DNA of 64,000 nucleotides from Escherichia coli (GTDB lineage Bacteria; Pseudomonadota; Gammaproteobacteria; Enterobacterales; Enterobacteriaceae): NCBI RefSeq assembly GCF_024223415.1, contig NZ_CP100500.1; one strand, 5' to 3'. Shown piece by piece: positions 63,988 to 64,000 of this stretch (position 1 is its first letter; each line of letters starts with the position of its first letter). The notes under the pieces were generated by a model. It saw only the letters and a program-made list of their open reading frames with translations, ran no database searches and was not told where the DNA came from. The position numbers and the translations under genes were made by a program.

Positions 63988-64000
63988 TCTCACTCCCATC
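63984..64000 (+). CDS. IS66-family TnpB, 5' end only (3'-partial)
   Basis: ATG overlaps tnpA stop (ATGA); begins MISLP as in IS66 TnpB. Confidence 0.5.

Larger units (their letters stand above)
63466..64000 (+). mobile_element. IS66-family insertion sequence, left end (continues beyond window)
   Basis: Terminus gtaagcgtaaactgaccgccgtatgtagcc; tnpA followed by tnpB start. Confidence 0.7.

Overview
Enterobacterial (Escherichia/Shigella-like) chromosomal segment, read by eye from the sequence and the ORF track with no database searches. 1..8971 is the distal part of a type II secretion operon (gspD partial, then gspE to gspM, + strand), followed by a hairpin terminator and a 20-nt fragment matching the 3' end of tRNA-Phe. 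Everything to the right looks like a composite, IS-ridden genomic island inserted at tRNA-Phe. The most interesting part is a tightly packed 12.8-kb, five-gene minus-strand operon (10555..23352): a TerB-domain membrane protein, a Walker ATPase and a DEAD/DEAH helicase (resembling the Shango defence triad), coupled to a ~1570-aa SF2 ATPase with very long inter-motif insertions and a 743-aa protein with no recognisable motif. The last two genes are the best candidate for an undescribed module. Next to it are an AbiEi/AbiEii pair, an orphan RloC/PrrC-like ABC ATPase with a CPFC motif, a 1.5-kb ORF-free segment, a small tyrosine recombinase and a frameshifted P4-type integrase, then a second 22-nt tRNA-Phe repeat. 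Further right: a CP4-like cryptic-prophage module (GTPase, DUF932, antirestriction, RadC, CbeA/CbtA), an AT-rich ORF-free region with tandem repeats, YagK/YfjJ paralogs and AlpA, a LacI-regulated ascorbate-type PTS with split transketolase, a trimeric autotransporter with two kinds of in-frame tandem repeats, a NanE/PTS/RpiR cluster, an orphan ugpB, and remnants of IS3, IS66, IS110 and IS2-type elements. No CRISPR array, rRNA or complete tRNA gene was seen.
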